A DNA stretch of 64,000 nt from Macrostomum lignano (Eukaryota), in assembly GCA_002269645.1 (NCBI GenBank), contig NIVC01001126.1:124001-188000 (forward strand), in the 5' to 3' direction. Both the position numbers and the translations under genes were made by a program. The notes under the pieces were generated by a model, which worked only from the letters and a program-made list of their open reading frames with translations, did no database searches and was not told where the DNA came from. Positions 12,411-25,029 of the stretch are shown one piece after another; the stretch's first letter is position 1, and every line of letters begins with the position of its first letter.

Positions 12411-15400
12411 CGCTGGCACAATGGCCGCGAATTGCTGGCGGACGCGGACTCCGTGCTGATCGGTTCAATCGATCAGGGCACAGGCAGTTCTCGGTTCCTG
12501 GTCTTCTCCTCTTCAACCGGAGCCCTGATCACCTATCACCAGGAGGAGGTGGACATAATCTATCCTAGAAATGGTTGGGCAGAAGCGAACCCTGATCAGT
12601 TAGTACAGAGTGTACTTTCCTGCATCTCGTCTGCCGTATCGAACTTGGCGGCGCTTGGAATAGCAGCTAATAGGATCGGGTGCATTGGCATTGCTAATCA
12701 ACGGGAGACCCTGGTTGCCTGGGACCGGCGAACCGGTGAACCGGTGCACCCGGCAATCCTGTGGCTGGACGCCAGAACCGAACAGACTGTTGAGCGATTG
12801 ATAGCCACTACTAGATCGCGAAGTGCAGCCGAATTTCGTAGCATCTGCGGCCTGCCAATCACTACATATTTTACTGGGGTGAAAATTCGATGGTTGCTAG
12901 ATAATGTGCCTGCGGCTAGGGAGCTACAGTCAAGCGGCAATCTTATGATGGGTACAGTGGACACCTGGCTGTTGTATAAGCTTACTGGTGAGTATGGCGA
13001 GGATGCCTTTTCGATACATATCGGTGGTCATCTAGATTGCATAGGTTCGATACCTATCGGTGGTCATCTAGATTGCATAGGTTCAATACATATCGGTGAG
13101 CATCTAGATTGCATAGGTTCAATACATATCGGTGGGCATCTAGGCTGCATAGGCTCGATAAATATCGGTGGGCATCTAGGCTGCATAGGCTCGATACATA
13201 TCGGTGGGCATCTAGGCTGCAGAGTTCGGTACATATCAGTGGGCATCTAGACTGCAGAGTTCGATACATATCGGTGGGTATCTAGACTGCAAAGTTCGAT
13301 ACATATCGGTGGGTATATAAATTCCATATGTTCGATAAATATCGGTGGGCATCTAGACTGCAGAGCTCGGTACATATCAGTGGGCATCTAGACTGCAGAG
13401 TTCGGTACATATCAGTGGGCATCTAGGCTGCATAGGCTCGATACATATCGGTGGGCATCTAGGCTGCATAGGCTCGATACATATCGGTGGGCATCTAGGC
13501 TGCAGAGTTCGGTACATATCAGTGGGCATCTAGGCTGCATAGGCTCGATACATATCGGTGGGCATCTAGGCTGCATAGGCTCGATACATATCGGTGGGCA
13601 TCTAGGCTGCAGAGTTCGGTACATATCAGTGGGCATCTAGACTGCAGAGTTCGATACATATCGGTGGGTATCTAGACTGCAAAGTTCGATACATATCGGT
13701 GGGTATATAAATTCCATATGTTCGATAAATATCGGTGGGCATCTAGACTGCAGAGCTCGGTACATATCAGTGGGCATCTAGACTGCAGAGCTCGGTACAT
13801 ATCAGTGGGCATCTAGACTGCAGAGTTCGATACATATCGGTGGGTATCTAGACTGCAAAGTTCGATACATATCGGTGGGTATATAAATTCCATATGTTCG
13901 ATAAATATCGGTGGGCATCTAGACTGCAGAGCTCGGTACATATCAGTGGGCATCTAGACTGCAGAGTTCGGTACATATCAGTGGGCATCTAGACTGCAGA
14001 ATTCGATAAGTCAGATAATTGATTTTACCTTGCACCAACCGTAGGCGAATACGCTACCGACGTAACAAACGCCTCTCGCACAATGCTACTCGACTTGGCA
14101 ACCTGCCAATGGGATCCTAGGCTTTGTCGTTTCTTCGGTCTAGATCAGAAAATGCTTCCAAAAGTGTGTTCCAGCGCGGAACTGTTCGGCCGTATTAGTG
14201 TGGCCGACTGTCCGTTAGCAGGCGTCCCAATCACCGGCATTCTGGGCGATCAACAGGCCGCTTTAGTTGGCCAAGGCTGTTTAGAATCTGGCGACACAAA
14301 AAACACCTACGGCAGCGGCTGTTTCATGCTGTGCAATACCGGGTTGAGTCCGGTGGTGTCCAGCTCTGGATTGCTAACCACAGTTGCCTATCAGCTGGGC
14401 AGGTCTGCCGCTCCTGTGTACGCTTTGGAGGGTAGCGTAGCAGTGGCTGGTACGGCAATCCGATGGCTGCGAGACAGTCTGGGCATTGTTGGCAGCGTAG
14501 CGGAGACTGAAACTCTGGCTGGCAAAGTGCCAGACACTGCCGGCTGCTATTTTGTGCCGGCTTTCAATGGCTTGTATTGTCCGTATTGGCGCAGCGACGC
14601 TCGCGGCCTGATTGTCGGTCTGACTGGCGCTACAAGCCGGGAGCATCTGTGCCGCGCCGCTCTTGAAGCTGTGTGCTACCAGAGCAGGGAGCTGTTGGAC
14701 TGCATGGAGACCGAGTGTGGCACTACGCTTAATAGGATTAAGGTTTGCGTGGAGATTGTTGCTCACTGGGGGGTTGCAGCTCAGTGTTAGGCTGGTAAAT
14801 CAGTGCTGGAGTGACTATAGTACTGGAGTGACTATTAGTGTTGGAGTGACTATTAGAGTACTGGAGTAACTATTAGAGTATTGGAGTGATTATTAGAGTG
14901 TTCGAGTGACTTTTAGAGTACTGGAGTGACTATTAGAGTGCTGGAGTGACTCTTAGAGTACTGGAGTGACTATTAGAGTACTGGAGTGACTATTAGAGTA
15001 CTGGAGTGATTATTAGAGTGTTCGAGTGACTTTTAGAGTACTGGAGTGACTATTAGAGTGCTGGAGTGACTCTTAGAGTACTGGAGTGACTATTAGAGTA
15101 CTGGAGTGACTATTAGAGTGCTGGAGTGACTCTTAGAGTACTGGAGTGACTATTAGAGTGCTGGAGTGACTCTTAGAGTACTGGAGTGACTATTAGAGTG
15201 CTGGAGTGACTCTTAGAGTACTGGAGTGACTATTAGAGTGTTGGAGTGACTTTTAGAGTACTGGAGTGACTATTAGAGTGTTGGAGTGACTTTTAGAGTA
15301 CTGGAGTGACTATTAGAGTGCTGGAGTGACTCTTAGAGTACTGGAGTGACTATTATAGTACTGGAGTGACTATTAGAGTGTTGGAGTGACTTTTAGAGTA

Positions 15401-16058
15401 CTGGAGTGACTATTAGAGTGTTGGAGTGACTTTTAGAGTACTGGAGTGACTATTAGAGTGCTGGAGTGACTCTTAGAGTACTGGAGTGACTCTTAGAGTA
15501 CTGGAGTGACTATTAGAGTGCTAAAGTGACTGGGGTGACTTCTAGAGTGATTAATAGTTGAGTTTAGAGAGTGCATTAGTTAAGATACAGTAAAAGTGCT
15601 TGGGATTAAACTTGTACTCTGCTTGAGTCACTAGCTGGCTATTTATGCACTCCATTCTTCAGGTGGACGGCGGCATGACATCCAACAGGCTGCTGATGCA
15701 GCTGCAAGCGGACCTGGCCGGGGTCACAGTTGTCCGACCCGAGATGGCCGAGACAACAGCCTTGGGCGCCGCCGTTGCCGCAGCCTGGGGCCACGGCATC
15801 GACATGACGGCCTCAGTCAGGCAGAGCAGCGTCACGGAGTTCTACCCCATGACTGGGCCAGTTGACCGGCTGAGGAAATTCCAGCGATGGCTGGACGCTG
15901 TACAGCGAAGCATTGGCTGGCACCGGCAAGAGGATGACGGCGAGGGCGACGCTGGCGGATCGTCCGCGGGGTCCTTGGGCTCCGCTGGTCATCTGGCTTT
16001 CGCCGTTTTTCTTGTCGGCTCCGCCGCTCTGTTAGCGCTGAGCTTGTCGGTTAAATAA
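12399..16058 (+). CDS. GK: Glycerol kinase (3 exons: 12399-12987, 14045-14742, 15663-16058; about 560 aa; start codon uncertain)
   Basis: FGGY motifs [39 protein letters not shown]|[79 protein letters not shown]; all splice phases consistent. Confidence 0.95.
13010..14006. repeat. 35-36-bp minisatellite filling GK intron 1
   Basis: (tcgatacatatcggtgggcatctaggctgcataggc)n with variant blocks. Confidence 0.95.
14800..15535. repeat. 20-bp minisatellite filling GK intron 2
   Basis: (ctggagtgactattagagta)n. Confidence 0.95.
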
Positions 16059-16263
16059 TTATCGATAATAACAAATTTCTACTTTCTTACTTTCTACTGG
16101 CGCAGAAATTAGCTTGATTTTTTACACAACTAACTGAATATTTGATTAGCTAAGTTTGGAATGAGGCTATGATTATAAAAATAGATGGCAAATTTTGCTT
16201 AAAGCCGAGATCAGCGAGATTAGGAAGTTTTTAGTTTTTTTAGCTATAATAACTAATCATTGA

Positions 16264-16485
16264 TTTCACCTGCCCTAATGGCCAGATGTGCAACCGACAT
16301 TCTGAAGGCTGCTTGCGGCTGTTCAGTCTAAGGACTGGAGGGTCGCCACACACAGCCTCAATTACCCCAGCTACCCATTTTACAGCTGGGTGAACTGAAT
16401 CAATGCAGAGTTTTAAGTGTCTTGCTCAAGGACACAAATTGTTCCGAGTAGTTCGAGAATCGAACCGCCGACCTTTCAGTCGTGA
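16264..16485 (-). mobile_element. tRNA-derived SINE, family A (5' part of head missing)
   Basis: On the minus strand: B box GGTTCGATTC (16466-16457), then GTGTCCTTGAGCAAGACACTT and CACCCAGCTGTAAAATGGGTA, body motifs typical of metazoan SINE2s; second copy at 45846-45973. Confidence 0.75.
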
Positions 16486-16980
16486 CAGTGCCCCAGAAAT
16501 TCTGGACTAAATTTTTCCATGACCAGAATGCGGATGAATAGTGAATTTAGTGGCTAGCGAAATTGAAAACTTCCTTTCTATTACTCGTATTACACGTTTT
16601 GAAACAAATTCAGCGGCTTTCTGCCTTCGGCCCAGAGTATTCGATTTGCCCTCGTCCGGTGTTAAAACAAAATCGAACCGATTGATTGGTCAATTGTAAA
16701 TTTTGTACTCTTTAGTATTGTTTTTTTATCATTTCGATTATCATTGACATTAATTTAATCATACAGACAATATAGCGTTAGTTCATAAAAAATTCAATTG
16801 TGATTATTGATTGTAATAAATTAGGCTCGTAGTTAATTCTTTTAATTGAACTTGACTGATTGTATTTATTCTCAGAATTTCTTGGTTAGTAATTAGTATG
16901 ATGGAAGAGTCGACAATTTTCGACAATTGTAAGCTTTTGACAATTTAACAGTAGGAATACCAAGCCATTTTCCGCCCGTC

Positions 16981-17372
16981 GAACTACCAAGAGGAGGGGG
17001 AATTCCCTCACCCAGGCGGAGCTTCTGGACCTTCAACAGGCTAGTGACCAACGAAGGCAGAGCTGATGCAGACACATGTGGTCGACGTGCTGATGAAATT
17101 TAGAGGCTTGGCAAGGCTGCACTGAGGTGCAGTGCTGATTGGCGCACAGGGGTGTACTGAATACACTGGCGCTTATGGGAAAAATCCGACCTTCTGGCAG
17201 AATCGTCGAATATCTCGACGGTCCGGAGGGCTGGCGACTTGATTCTTGTTTGAGAAGGTGCGCAACAAAAAGTTAGCCCGTGTTCTTGAATTTCGTGTGC
17301 CTGCGTTGCTCCGTTCCGGCGCAGCAAAAAAAATTGTCAGGGGGGGGGGGATTCCCCCCCTCTTGGTAGTTC
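16981..17372. mobile_element. 392-bp element with about 27-bp terminal inverted repeats
   Basis: gaactaccaagaggagggggaattccc vs ggattccccccctcttggtagttc; no TSD seen. Confidence 0.55.
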
Positions 17373-17545
17373 TACTGTTGGTAAAAGACTTGGAGATAGT
17401 TGTCGGTAGTTGGTAGTTCATTCTATTGTGCTGAAGCTCTGGCTTCTGTAGTTCCATCATTAGGCTAACAAAATGGATGAAAACTTTTTAAACTTTGTCT
17501 GTCTTGAAAAATTGGGCTAATTTATTAATTTGATGATGGAGAATT

Positions 17546-17725
17546 TTAGTCAGACAAAAAACTGTCGGTGGCGGGCCGGCAGTTGAAGATGGAGCGGAAA
17601 AGATGGGAGGCCCGCCATGCCAGTTGCTTGCGGTTGTTGACAATGGCATCCGGGTCAGTGACCAGGACGCCCAGATACTCTGTTTCAGCTGTTTTCCACC
17701 AGCGGGTGCTTCGCTGACCCCTGCG
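17546..17725 (-). mobile_element. Non-LTR retrotransposon fragment (end of RT domain, RTE-like)
   Basis: TEYLGVLV...IVNNRKQLAWRASHLFRSIF resembles the YLG...RxxLAWxA segment that follows the RT core. Confidence 0.45.
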
Positions 17726-18149
17726 CCAGCGTCGGTTTAATAATAATAATACTAAATGATATTGTGATTTTAGTGCTATAAAAACTGAAAAAAAATGCTG
17801 CGACAACTGCGAGTCCATGAATGTAGTTGAAAAAATCAATATTTAGCTGCTGTTTTTTTAATTTAACACGCGTTGCTTATAAATATCGTTTATTTTTATG
17901 CTTGCCTAATAGAAATTTACGACAGTAGAAATGATTTTAAATAGTATATTAGAAGATAAAGTGGAAATTTTCAGCCTGCGTGAAACAATCGTGAAAAGAG
18001 AATCTACAGTAATTGAAATCACACTTAAAGCAAAAGCCGTCTCTTTCTCACTATCATTCAGCGATAGAAAACACCGTGCAGTTTAGATTGTGGCGAATAA
18101 AGCACTTCGCTTACATGACTTGGCCACAGGGGACATCGACCGGCGGATG

Positions 18150-18620
18150 CAGCGGGAAGGCCCTTGGCGTCCGAAGACTTCCATCGCTTAGTTAGGCAAG
18201 CACCTCGCTCTGAAAAACACTGGAATTGAGTCCATGCAGCGTGCTGGGAGTAGCTCCACACCGCTTTTCCCTCGATGAGGACGCGCAAGTTCCGAAGCCT
18301 GAGATCGGCTAGACCATGCCTCGTTTGAGCTGTCAGTGTAACAGCGGACTTCGGAGTCGCTCCAGCTGTCACTCGCCTCGTGTCGAGGCTGAACGATGAT
18401 CCTTGTATCTCTGGCTCAGGAGAATGGTGGTTGGGATCGAGTCCATGAGGATGTTAAGCCTGCCAAACTCCTCGAGAGTCTTGCTTGAGGCAGAGGTGGG
18501 AGTGCGGGATAAGCAGTTGGCAGACGCTTCTTAAAGGCCCGCTCCTTTTTGAAGAACACCCCAGCATCTCGCATGCAGAAGGCGGTTCTTCGCGGCCTCT
18601 TCGATATACATGTAAATGCC
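18150..18620 (-). mobile_element. Decayed RNase H domain of an I-group (R1/Nimb/Ingi-type) non-LTR element
   Basis: Across frameshifts: LMDSIPTTILL...SEVRCYTDSS (YTDGS motif) ... SSVFQSEVLA (SVFQAE motif). Confidence 0.6.
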
Positions 18621-20068
18621 TCTAAAGGGAGTAGATTGGTGAAGCGCCCATAGCCGTGCGCCTTCTATTGTATGCGCATACTTTACTATGTATGTTTTCC
18701 TGGCTCAGCCCTTTTGACTGCCGCGCGTATATACACGTTTCGTTTCCAAGTGCATAAATGTAGGTGAAAAATCAATTTTTAGCAGTATTTTTAATATTTC
18801 ACACGCGTTCGCTCTCCCGACCCGTCAAGGTTCCGATGGAGTTTAGTCAGTCATTTCAGGGAAAACCTTTATTTTATGTGCTTGCCTATTATGAAAATTT
18901 AGAATTGATTATAATTAGTATGTGGATAAAGTGGAATTGGTAAAGTGATGAAATGCATCAAGCAATCGTCAATCAATAGTCTAAATGGGAATCTAATTGA
19001 AATCGGTTTAATGCTCTATAAAAATGGATTTAAGCTCCACGCTTATGCATATTGCATATTGCCGAAATAACTGCATTGGGTCTTGTGAATTGCTTGATAA
19101 TATTTCTGCTGCAGGCTCTGTCAGTCGCTATCCTAACATGTAATTTTTTACAGCGTATCAGATTTCATCCGTGTTTGGGGTCATGACCAAATCTATTACT
19201 CTTATTATATCTCACTCATTCATTTTATAATACATTCCGATGAAATTCTTGGCTTGTGAGCATCGATAAGATTTCTTTAAAGTTCAAGCCAACCAAATAC
19301 TTGAGCCTAATAAACTAACCTAGACGATAAACCTAGGCTAAAAAACTATAAGCCTAACCTAAAACAGAGCCCTAACCCGTATAGCCTAAATCGATGGCAG
19401 TCTGACAAGCCATGGACTTTATCCGCTCCGGAGTCGTATTCCAAACAATGCGCCAACCCCCCATTCCCCAAACAATCTGCGCCAACCCCCTTCCCCCAAC
19501 AATCTGCGCCAACCCCCTTTCCCCCAACCGTCTGTTCCAACCCCCCTTCCCCAACAATCTGCTCCAACCCCCTTCCCCAACAATCTGCTCCAACCCCCTT
19601 CCCCAACAATCTGCTCCAACCCCCTTCCCCAACAATCTGTTCCAACCCCCTTCCCCAACAATCTGTTCCAACCCCCCTTCCCCAACAATCTGTTCCAACC
19701 CCCCTTCCCCAACAATCTGCTCCAACCCCCTTCCCCAACAATCTGCTCCAACCCCCTTCCCCAACAATCTGCTCCAACCCCCCTTCCCCAACAATCTGCT
19801 CCAACCCCCTTCCCCAACAATCTGCTCCAACCCCCTTCCCCAACAATCTGCTCCAACCCCCTTCCCCAACAATCTGCTCCAACCCCTTCCCCAACAATCT
19901 GCTCCAACCCCCTTCCCAACAATCTGCTCCAACCCCCTTCCCCGACAATCTGCTCCAACCCCCTTCCCCAACAATCTGCTCCAACCCCTTCCCCGACAAT
20001 CTGCTCCAACCCCCTTCCCCGACAATCTGTGCCAACCCCCTTTCCCCAACCGTCTGTTGCAACCCCCC

Positions 20069-20340
20069 GGGAGCACGAGAATTTCCCACAGGAAGTTTTC
20101 CCGCCGAGCTTTTCCCACCGAGGTTTTCCCGAAGGATTTTTACAGTCGGAATTTCAAGTAAAACCAGTCTATAGACATTGCTGGACTAAATTAGAACTAG
20201 CCTAGAGTAGATTTTAAATCCGATTAGATTTGACTTGAAATTCCGACATGAAAAACCCTGCGGGAAAACCTCGCCGCGGGGAAATCTCGGCAGGGAGAAG
20301 CTCGGCGGGAAGACTTCCTGCGGGAAATTCTCATAGACCC
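20069..20340. mobile_element. 272-bp long-TIR MITE, copy 1 (Mutator-like architecture)
   Basis: About 90-100-bp inverted arms GGGAGCACGAGAATTTCCC... / ...GGGAAATTCTCATAGACCC; CAACCCCCC on both sides (possible 9-bp TSD, confounded by the host repeat). Confidence 0.8.
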
Positions 20341-20717
20341 CAACCCCCCTTCCCCCAACCGTCTGTTCCAACCCCCTTCCCCAACAATCTGCTCCAACCC
20401 CCTTCCCCTACCGTCTGTTCCAACCCCCTTCCCCAACAATCTGCTCCAACCCCCTTCCCCAACAATCTGCTCCAACCCCCCTTCCCCAACAATCTGCTCC
20501 AACCCCCTTCCCCAACAATCTGCTCCAACCCCCTTCCCCAACAATCTGCTCCAACCCCCTTCCCCAACAATCTGCTCCAACCCCCTTCCCCAACAATCTG
20601 CTCCAACCCCCTTCCCAACAATCTGCTCCAACCCCCTTCCCCGACAATCTGCTCCAACCCCCCTTCCCCGACAATCTGTGCCAACCCCCTTTCCCCAACC
20701 GTCTGTTGCAACCCCCC

Positions 20718-20989
20718 GGGAGCACGAGAATTTCCCACAGGAAGTTTTCCCGCCGAGCTTTTCCCACCGAGGTTTTCCCGAAGGATTTTTACAGTCGGAA
20801 TTTCAAGTAAAACCAGTCTATAGACATTGCTGGACTAAATTAGAACTAGCCTAGAGTAGATTTTAAATCCGATTAGATTTGACTTGAAATTCCGACAGGA
20901 AAAACCCTGCGGGAAAACCTCGCCGCGGGGAAATCTCGGCAGGGAGAAGCTCGGCGGGAAGACTTCCTGCGGGAAATTCTCATAGACCC
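20718..20989. mobile_element. 272-bp long-TIR MITE, copy 2
   Basis: Near-identical to copy 1 with the same flanks; offset 649 bp. Confidence 0.8.
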
Positions 20990-21418
20990 CAACCCCCCTT
21001 CCCCCAACCGTCTGTTCCAACCCCCTTCCCCAACAATCTGCTCCAACCCCCTTCCCCTACCGTCTGTTCCAACCCCCTTCCCCAACAATCTGCTCCAACC
21101 CCCTTCCCCAACAATCTGCTCCAACCCCCCTTCCCCAACAATCTGCTCCAACCCCCTTCCCCAACAATCTGCTCCAACCCCCTTCCCCAACAATCTGCTC
21201 CAACCCCCTTCCCCAACAATCTGCTCCAACCCCCTTCCCCAACAATCTGCTCCAACCCCCTTCCCAACAATCTGCTCCAACCCCCTTCCCCGACAATCTG
21301 CTCCAACCCCCCTTCCCCAACAATCTGCTCCAACCCCCTTCCCCGACAATCTGCTCCAACCCCCTTCCCCGACAATCTGTGCCAACCCCCTTTCCCCAAC
21401 CGTCTGTTGCAACCCCCC

Positions 21419-21690
21419 GGGAGCACGAGAATTTCCCGCAGGGGGTTTTCCCGCCGAGCTTTTCCCACCGAGGTTTTCCCGAAGGATTTTTACAGTCGGA
21501 ATTTCAAGTAAAACCAGTCTATAGACATTGCTGGACTAAATTAGAACTAGCCTAGAGTAGATTTTAAATCCGATTAGATTTGACTTGAAATTCCGACAGG
21601 AAAAACCCTGCGGGAAAACCTCGCCGCGGGGAAATCTCGGCAGGGAGAAGCTCGGCGGGAAGACTTCCTGCGGGAAATTCTCATAGACCC
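21419..21690. mobile_element. 272-bp long-TIR MITE, copy 3
   Basis: Near-identical; offset 701 bp from copy 2. Confidence 0.8.
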
Positions 21691-22724
21691 CAACCCCCCT
21701 TCCCCCAACCGTCTGTTCCAACCCCCTTCCCCAACAATCTGCTCCAACCCCCTTCCCCTACCGTCTGTTCCAACCCCCTTCCCCAACAATCTGCTCCAAC
21801 CCCCTTCCCCAACAATCTGCTCCAACCCCCCTTCCCCAACAATCTGCTCCAACTCCCCTTCCCAACAATCTGTTCCAACCCCCCTTCCCCCAACCGTCTG
21901 TTCCACCCCCCTTCCCCAACAATCTGCTCCAACCCCCTTCCCCAACAATCTGCTCCAACCCCCTTCCCCAACAATCTGTTCCACCCCCCTTCCCCAACAA
22001 TCTGCTCCAACCCCCCTTCCCCAACAATCTGTTCCAACCCCCCTTCCCCCAACCGTCGGTTCCAACCCCCTTCCTCTAACAATCTGCGACCCCTTACCCT
22101 GGCCGAGTTGTTCGACGTGATCTGTGCACATGCTCAAGTCCCGAAGTCAGTTTGCTTAGTGATCTAAGAGAACCACACCGTCACAACAGTAGCACTTGCT
22201 TCAGGTGCTTTCAGTCTTTTTCACTGCAAGTCGGATCCAGCATGCGAGTAGCTAACAAAAATTACAAATCTATCGCTTCCCTACCGAGGATCTCCTGCTA
22301 ACATCCGGGACATGATGACATCCTTCCTGCTGACTTGAAGAATTCATGTCTTTTAGAACAACACTGTTTTTCTTCGTTAAGCAGCTGGTGCTCTGTCCGA
22401 CCATGTCTAATGAACATCGCTTCACCGGCACTAAGTACTATGTTAAATCTGACATTCATGCTTCCCGAGCAAAGCTTGCTGAAGAACTTGAGCTTCAGGT
22501 GTTGCCTAGCTCCTATTTGTACGGAATTACATTAAGCCTTCTCTTCGGTAATAAAGATTTATCCTCTTATCTTAGCTAATGAGATATTCAACGAATGACG
22601 CGTTACATGTTGCAACAGATTAATAGAAATGAAAATGATCTGCCTCCGCATTATTTAATCCCTGACTTAAAGAGCTGACTTTCCTGCGCCTCTCCTCCCC
22701 CTGATAAACCCGTGCAGTTTTTGA

Positions 22725-22927
<203 letters not shown>

Positions 22928-23384
22928 TAATTAGAAAAAATTAGAAAAAAAAACATAGTTTGCCTGCTCAGGACTGCACTCCGTTTCGCTCTGCTAGCTC
23001 TCTGTCGTTGTAGTCGCTTCGTTGTATCGTGAAAGGGATTGTCAATGAACGACAAGGCAGCTAACATCTCAGTACTATTCAGTGTCTGTCAGAATTCCAA
23101 ACATGCATTTACACCCAAGAGTGCGCGGGCCTATACAGGTGTACTCAGATCAGATCGGAAATTTTTGAACTCTGCAGTTACATGTAGAGCTGGTATAAAA
23201 GATTGAAGAGCAAATTCAATTATTGTTAATTGCAGCTTATCTAAACGACAACACATTTAAAACATTTTCGTAGAAGTACAGGGTTGTTGTGCGCGCGTTG
23301 TATTTTATTCAATAGTGTGCGTGCAGTGCAGGTGTTCAAGCGTAGAGTACAACAAAATATTTGAATATAAGTTTAATGTGAGAT

Positions 23385-23580
23385 TAGAGACTTGTGAGAC
23401 TAGAGACATGAGAACATGAGATTAGAGACATGAGAACATGAGATTAGAGACATATGAGAATTAGAGATTAGAAACATATGAGAACATGAGATTAAAGAGA
23501 TACGAGAATTTGACATTAATGTGAGATTAGAGACACTTGAGTATAAGACTAATGTTAAATTAGAAAGATATAAGAATGTG
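23385..23580. repeat. Degenerate gagattagagacatgagaacat tandem repeat
   Basis: Direct inspection. Confidence 0.8.
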
Positions 23581-24112
23581 AGATTCGAGCGAAAACCATG
23601 CAGCCTCCAGCGAAAGCAGCAAAATTTTCGAGGTCTCGTGTAGGGGGCCTTGGGCTTCTGTTGACCATCTCATGAATGATTTACGTCAAGCAGAAAATTG
23701 AATTAGTTTAATTACTGAGAAAGAGGTGAAGTTTCCGGGTGTCATACTAAGCAAGAAATAGGTTTCACTGATGCATTGTTACGGACATATTTTACACAGA
23801 AATCGTCAACTTGACTAAATTATTTTAGAGCCTCATCCATGCTTAATCGATAGAATGACTATTCTGAAGCGCCCACTCGCAGCGGCACCAGCTCCACCGG
23901 CGCTGTGGCTGGTCTGTTCCTGCCCGGGTTGGAACTAGCGGTGCGGCTGCTGTTGTTTCCATGGTTTCCACGGCGCTGGCATCGAAAGAAGCGCAACAGC
24001 CAAGCCTGATAGGTGGAGTCTGCAGCGAACAGAAAGGCTGGGTTAATAGCCGAATTCGTCAGAGCCAGCCACATAAACCCCATGTAGACATCCTTGGCAA
24101 TGAAGAGATGCC

Positions 24113-24161
<49 letters not shown>

Positions 24162-25029
24162 AGGTGAAAAAACGGTCGCCAGAAGCCAGAGATCGGCTCC
24201 CAGATTCCAAAGCTGAATTGGCGCCCAACAGATGGCGAACAGGCCAACCAGCAGAGCGGACAGCCGGAACATCCGCCTTGACCGGGCGATTCGGTCGCGA
24301 CTGAGCCGATTGTTGCGACACTGGGGCTGGTCGAAGGCGCACAGGCTGTGCCCGACGCTGGACACCAGGCGGCAGATGCGGCGGTAAGCTGTGGCAATGA
24401 TGCTCAGCGGTGCCACCAGCAGCACCAGCACGATGAAGCTCGAATAGGCGGCTCGAGCTGCCACTTCAACTTCCGGTCGAGCATCGTTGCCGTCGAATCC
24501 CAGCAGTTCCAGGCTGCGCTTCCAGCTGTCCTCGCAGCAGAAGGCAGCCGCGCTCTCGTCTAGACTCAAGTTGCCGGCTTCGGGCACGTAGCAGGGCACC
24601 AGATGGTAGTTGACGGCGTTGGGAAAGGCTGAAACGCCAGCCAGGATCCAGATGAGCGCCAGACTCCCCACGCTGGACCGCCACAATGTACCGAACCTCC
24701 GGCAGCAAGCGGACTCAGCGGTGACGCCGGCGGCCTGCCCGATGGCGCCACGAACCAGGCTCACCACGCCTCGGCATCGCCGCATGCTGACGGCCGTCAG
24801 GGTGAAGATGGAGGCGAACATCAGCAGGATGCTGCCGAAGCAGGAGAACACGCAGACCGGCTCGCCCAAGTCCCAACTGAAGCGGACGAATGCGTAGGCC
24901 GTCACTGGAACTACCATCGCGCCGATGGCCAAGTCGCAGAGGCACAGATTCATCAGCAACAAAGCGATTTGGCTCCGGCGCTGCTTTCGAGTGGCCAGAA
25001 TGGCCTTCATCAGCAAGCCGTTGCCGACA

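Larger units (their letters stand above)
19440..22090. repeat. 26-bp C-rich minisatellite (aacaatctgctccaacccccttcccc)n interrupted by three MITE copies
   Basis: Direct inspection; 26-aa periodic ORFs on both strands. Confidence 0.95.

Noticed and set aside
12988-13250. Read-through of GK exon 1 into a [12 protein letters not shown] repeat (322-aa ORF)
   Set aside because: A canonical gtgagt donor and phase-matched acceptor restore the conserved [16 protein letters not shown] motif; the extension is intronic satellite.
19440-22090. CRISPR-like alternation of repeats and spacers
   Set aside because: The spacers are identical 272-bp MITE copies, there are no cas genes and the context is eukaryotic; the 38-bp array at 45500 has no spacers either.
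22140-22620. Coding-looking stretch between repeats
   Set aside because: Short frames, no splice-phase partner and no recognisable motif.
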